From positions 672,001 through 736,000 of the forward strand of contig CBDFJF010000001.1 in NCBI GenBank assembly GCA_965248265.1: a DNA stretch of 64,000 bases, in the 5' to 3' direction. Both the position numbers and the translations under genes were made by a program. The DNA is from Candidatus Latescibacterota bacterium (GTDB taxonomy: Bacteria > Latescibacterota > UBA2968 > UBA8231). The notes under the pieces are model-generated. The model saw only the letters and a list, made by a program, of their open reading frames with translations. It had not been told where the DNA came from and did no database searches. This document shows, in pieces, positions 59,778 to 64,000 of the stretch. Every line of letters begins with the position of its first letter. The stretch's first letter is position 1.

Positions 59778-59812
59778 AGGGGGATCTGAGTTTTAGAGCT
59801 CAGATCCCCTTT
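59778..59812 (+). terminator. rho-independent terminator hairpin
   Basis: AGGGGGATCTGAGTT-TTAG-AGCTCAGATCCCCTTT. Confidence 0.75.
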
Positions 59813-59881
59813 GTCGTTCGGTTCAGCAGGCTCGCTTCCTGGGTTGCCACCGGGGTTCCCATAAGGTATACTTTCTATACC

Positions 59882-60142
59882 ATGCAATTCGAGTACGACC
59901 AGCGCAAGAGTGCGGCCAACAGGGAAAAGCACGGTGTCGATTTTTCAGAGGCCGAGGCGCTTTGGGACGATCCGGATCTGCTGGAAATCCCTGCACGGAC
60001 CACGGACGAAGCCAGATTCTTGGTAGTGGGCCGCATTACTGGCGTTCACTGGTCTGCGGTCATTACCTACCGGACAGATCGTGTTCGGATCATCTCTGTG
60101 CGTCGATCGCGAGAGGAGGAGATTGCCATTTATGAAAGCTGA
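59882..60142 (+). CDS. brnT: BrnT family toxin
   Basis: FEYD..KS..N..KHG.DF, E.RF and RIISVRR motifs. Confidence 0.9.
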   Translation: MQFEYDQRKSAANREKHGVDFSEAEALWDDPDLLEIPARTTDEARFLVVGRITGVHWSAVITYRTDRVRIISVRRSREEEIAIYES

Positions 60143-60359
60143 AACCTTCGATCGGAAGTTCGAAAGCGGTTTGGACATCACGGAGTATCTCGAACTCAAG
60201 GGCCTCCGTCGGCCCGGTCACGAACAGAAGCGGGTGAACGTCGATTTCCCTATCTGGATGATCCAGTCTCTCGACAGGGAAGCGGGACGACTCGGAGTAC
60301 CACGCCAGTCTCTCATCAAGGTGCTGGTGGCAGAACATCTCGACAAGCAAGGCGGGTGA
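60132..60359 (+). CDS. brnA: BrnA/CopG family antitoxin
   Basis: FD.KFE.G.DI and KRVNVDFP.WMI..LD.EA.RLGV.RQSLIK motifs; overlaps the toxin. Confidence 0.88.
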   Translation: MKAETFDRKFESGLDITEYLELKGLRRPGHEQKRVNVDFPIWMIQSLDREAGRLGVPRQSLIKVLVAEHLDKQGG

Positions 60360-60571
60360 CTCACGCTTGCCGTCTATGAAACCGAACCCAGCGTAGCCGA
60401 GATGCCCTTCGGACCGATGGTCGGAACACACCATGCGTTGCTCGGCCCAGAAACTGACCTAACTGATTGAAGAACAGCGAGATGGCCTTCGAATCGATCT
60501 GATTCGGGGGCCCTATGTTCAGTGTGGGGCCGCCAGCAGGAATCCCGCGTAACCTTGTTGTGTCTAGAACG

Positions 60572-61154
60572 AGGAAGTACAAGAGCCCTTTTTCGTGATC
60601 TTCGAGTCCGGACGTGAGTAATTGGCACCGTTGGTGGGTAGGATCGGATACATCAAGTGGCCGGCACTCGGTAGGCCCGTGCATGCCAGTTGCGCCATCA
60701 ATATGAACGGATTGGACACCGGGTCCATGTCGTGCTGAGAGGGTGGAACAATCAGAGATCCAGCTCCTCCCGTGGGCCTGCCCCCGTCAGGGGTGACAGG
60801 CGATGTTACCGTGGTCCACAGCAGCTCGAACTGCATGTGCGGCTGGCTGGGTGCCGGGTGTGATGGGCAGGTGGTTTTAGGACATGTGAGCTGGTCAACT
60901 GAGGCTTTTGTGCCGATTTCGACCTCGGAACGGCCCTTCCGGGCGCACCGAACCGTTCGACATAGATGGCGAGACGAATCGGACGCCGGTTCCGCAGGCG
61001 AGCCGCGTTGACATCAAGCCCATCAAACACCCCGAGTGAGGCCAAGAGACTGTCACGCGATACTACATCCTGTGATGTGTCTGATCCTACTCACCAGGGT
61101 GCCAATTGCTCGCACAGACTCGTGGATCACGAAAAAAGGGCCCTTGTACTTCCT
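60572..61154. mobile_element. MITE-like element with about 83-bp imperfect terminal inverted repeats
   Basis: 60572-60655 is the imperfect reverse complement of 61073-61154 (AGGAAGTACAAG.GCCCTTTTT..GTGATC); no transposase or clear TSD. Confidence 0.5.
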
Positions 61155-61518
61155 ACACATGGCCGCCGATTTTTCCACCGGCGCGGCGCTCTTCCTGTTC
61201 TTTCTCATCGTCCTGCTGCTCAACCCCCTCGCCAGGCTGTTGACCGGCTCCAGCTTGCGCCCGGGCGAGTTGGCGACGGTCTATATCATGATGATCGTCG
61301 CCTGCGCGATCCCCTCCTGGGGTTTCGCAATGAATTTGATTCCGTTGATGGCGGGTTTCTTTTACTACGCCACCCCGGAGAACAACTGGTCACAGCTGAT
61401 TCACCCCCATTTGCCCGAGTGGATGGTGGTCAAAGAACCCAATGCCATATGGAATCTCTTCGAGGGGGCAGGCCGCGAGGATTCCGTCGCGTACTCCCTA
61501 TATTTCTCAAGGTTATAA
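61155..61518 (+). pseudogene. internal fragment of a polytopic membrane protein (DUF6785-like)
   Basis: GAALFLFFL...EL.TVYIMM.VA.AIP...YYATPENNW...P.LP.W; truncated at both ends. Confidence 0.55.
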
Positions 61519-61551
61519 CCTGAGACCTTGGATCAATCCTCTGGAGATCAT

Positions 61552-63459
61552 ATGACCGATACGACATATGGTACTGTCATTTATAAGAATATCATGGTAC
61601 CCATGCGGGATGGTGTGCGGCTTGCCACTGATATCTACAGGCCATCACATGATGGAGAGGTCGTGTCGGACCCGCTACCCGTGATTTTGTGCCGGACGCC
61701 TTACGTTAAAGATAGCACACGGTATGTGGAGATCGCCGACTATTTCGTGCCATACGGGTATGTTGTCGTCCTTCAGGACTTAAGAGGGCGCGGGTATTCG
61801 GAAGGCACTGGACAATACCATCATGTCGTCAACGAAGCCGACGGTCCGGATGGTTATGATACGGTCGAATGGATTGCCGCTCAGCCCTGGTCTGACGGTA
61901 AGATCGGTACGGTAGGCAGTTCATTCGCGGCGGTGGTGCAAGTCCGTCTGGCGTTGGAACGGCCACCGCACCTGACGGCAATCTGGCCGGATGTTACGCC
62001 AACAAACAGCTATCATCATCAGGCCAGAGAAGGTGGTGCCATGGGACTGCATATGTTCTGGGCGTTGTTTCTGCATGCCCAGGATGCACAGGAGATAAGA
62101 GACGATCCGGCGGCACAGCAGGTGATCTGGGATGGTCTGCGGGATCTTCGTGCCTGGTTGCGAAATACACCATTCGAATCGGGCAAGACGCCGTTGGCCG
62201 TCGTCCCCAATCTGGAAAACATCCTGATGGACTACTATACCCGCGGTTGTTACGACGGCTTCTGGGCGCAAGTGGCCAACGACTTTGAACGGTACTTCCA
62301 CCGGCATGCAGACATACCCGGTACATTCTCAGGTGGCTGGTTCGATCCGTTTGCGCCTGCCATGACCGGTTATTTCGTGGCCATGCATGCGCAAAACGAA
62401 ACACCGCAGCGACTGATCATGGGACCATGGACGCACACAGGCATGCGCGGTGATGCCACGTATCAGAGCGATGTGGAATTCGGCCCGGATAGCGTCTGGG
62501 GCGCGCAGTACTACTTCCACGAACAACAACGATATTTCGACCGATGGCTAAAAGGACAACCCACGGGCGTAGACGATGAGCCGCCGGTACGTATCTTCGT
62601 GATGGGCGGCGGCAGCGGCTGTAAAACCACAGCAGGGAAACTGGATCACGGCGGCAAGTGGCGTGCAGAACATGAATGGCCTCTGGCACGCACACAAAAT
62701 ACCACACTTTACTTTCATGGTAATGGAGATTTGAACGCGACCATACCCGTTGAAGATGCCCCATCGCTCGAATATACATACGACTCGAAACACCCTGTGC
62801 CGACCATCGGCGGCAGCTTGGCCGGTATGATGGAACTAACAGCCGAAGATGCCGGCCCGGACCCCTTGTGGCGGCGCTATCTACACCCGCTGACCCGATT
62901 GCGGGAAATCGTGACCAGTGGTCCTGCACATCAATGCGAAGCGCCCGAGGTCTATGGCGCTCAGCCCCCCTACCCGCTTCTTGCGGACCGTGACGATGTG
63001 CTGGTCTTCCAGACACAACCACTGCCTGAAGCGGTTGAAACAACCGGTGTGTGTATCGTTGAACTCTGGATATCGTCCTCAGCGCCGGATACCGATTTTA
63101 CCGCCAAACTGATTGACGTACATCCCTCCAATGAAGACTATCCGGACGGCTACCACATGAACCTGGTGGACTCTATCATCCGCACCCGGTATCGAGACAG
63201 TTGGGAACATGAGGTCTTCATGGAACAGGCGCAGATCTACAAAGTTCGGATTCAGCTACCACCAACCAGCAACTTGTTCGAATCCGGTCACCGTATTCGA
63301 GTAGACATCTCAAGCAGTAACTTTCCGCGATTTGATTTAAACCCCAACACTGGTGAGCCGATGGGCCGCCATACCGGCATGGTCAAAGCAAATAATACGG
63401 TGTATGCGGATAAGCACCGACCGTCTCATATAATTCTGCCGATCATTCCGAGAGATTGA
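61552..63459 (+). CDS. CocE/NonD family hydrolase
   Basis: PMRDGVRLATDIY, RTPY, QDLRGR..SEG, GSSF, GW.D, GPWTH and SSSNFPRF motifs. Confidence 0.93.
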   Translation: MTDTTYGTVIYKNIMVPMRDGVRLATDIYRPSHDGEVVSDPLPVILCRTPYVKDSTRYVEIADYFVPYGYVVVLQDLRGRGYSEGTGQYHHVVNEADGPDGYDTVEWIAAQPWSDGKIGTVGSSFAAVVQVRLALERPPHLTAIWPDVTPTNSYHHQAREGGAMGLHMFWALFLHAQDAQEIRDDPAAQQVIWDGLRDLRAWLRNTPFESGKTPLAVVPNLENILMDYYTRGCYDGFWAQVANDFERYFHRHADIPGTFSGGWFDPFAPAMTGYFVAMHAQNETPQRLIMGPWTHTGMRGDATYQSDVEFGPDSVWGAQYYFHEQQRYFDRWLKGQPTGVDDEPPVRIFVMGGGSGCKTTAGKLDHGGKWRAEHEWPLARTQNTTLYFHGNGDLNATIPVEDAPSLEYTYDSKHPVPTIGGSLAGMMELTAEDAGPDPLWRRYLHPLTRLREIVTSGPAHQCEAPEVYGAQPPYPLLADRDDVLVFQTQPLPEAVETTGVCIVELWISSSAPDTDFTAKLIDVHPSNEDYPDGYHMNLVDSIIRTRYRDSWEHEVFMEQAQIYKVRIQLPPTSNLFESGHRIRVDISSSNFPRFDLNPNTGEPMGRHTGMVKANNTVYADKHRPSHIILPIIPRD

Positions 63460-63465
63460 CTCTCA

Positions 63466-64000
63466 GTGCGCGTCGTCGATCTTCGATCGGACTTAGTTGC
63501 CCGACCAACTCAGGCCATGGTTGATGCGATGCTGCGTGCCGCTAAGCAGCCTTGCGGCTTCGGGCTACGCGAAGACACGATCGTTTCTGACCTCGAAAAT
63601 CGCGCGGCAGAAGTCATCGGTAAGGAGGACGCCCTTTTTGTGCCGACTTGCACGATGGCCAACCAAATTGCCCTCCATATTCATTGTAGACCAGGTGAGT
63701 TGTTCGTAACGGAAGCCAACGCTCACGTGGTGACGTCGGAGTCGGCTGCCACCGCCGCGCTGACCGGCGCCATGCCGAAGATGATCCCAGCCCAGGGCGG
63801 CACGCTTGACCTAGACGCGTTGCGTGATTCCCTCCGACACAGCGATGCACAGCGCCCGCGCCCCGCCGCAGTCGTCCAGGAAAACACGCACGTGCGTTCC
63901 GGAGGCCGTGTCGTGCCCTCGGCACACATGACGGCTGTTTACGACGTGGCCAGCAGTCAGGAGGTACCGGTTCACCTTGACGGCGCGCGGATCTTCAATG
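63466..64000 (+). CDS. ltaE: low-specificity threonine aldolase family PLP enzyme (partial, runs off the window)
   Basis: VDLRSD, P...M..AM, ED, GKEDALFVPT.TMANQIA, ENTH..GG and HLDGARIFN motifs; missing from the ORF track because no stop lies inside the window. Confidence 0.85.
   Translation, partial: MRVVDLRSDLVARPTQAMVDAMLRAAKQPCGFGLREDTIVSDLENRAAEVIGKEDALFVPTCTMANQIALHIHCRPGELFVTEANAHVVTSESAATAALTGAMPKMIPAQGGTLDLDALRDSLRHSDAQRPRPAAVVQENTHVRSGGRVVPSAHMTAVYDVASSQEVPVHLDGARIFN

Overview
Bacterial, GC-rich accessory region. An FCB/Latescibacterota-like host is inferred only from gene content (ECF-TPR fusions, a FlgD-Ig-tailed LRR protein, an orphan FliG). No rRNA, intact tRNA or CRISPR array was seen. 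The window reads best as a tandem stack of at least three related, eroded integrative islands. The tRNA-3'-end-like core GGGCTACCA recurs at 16594, 32521 and 59763. Each time it has a conserved ParB-like HTH plus tyrosine recombinase module on its left. On its right is either the 3' stump of a serine recombinase (first two) or a terminator hairpin (last). A 44-bp palindromic repeat follows genes downstream of the tyrosine recombinases and may be a gene-capture site. Cargo includes three ECF sigma factor fusions (one to a DNA sliding-clamp-like domain), a nuclease gene with a pseudoknot-like leader, and two apparently identical 2,039-bp group II introns with a non-canonical 5' end. It also includes carbohydrate-active enzymes, GNAT/kinase genes, a BrnTA pair and many gene fragments. 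All family calls come from motif recognition by eye; no database searches were run.
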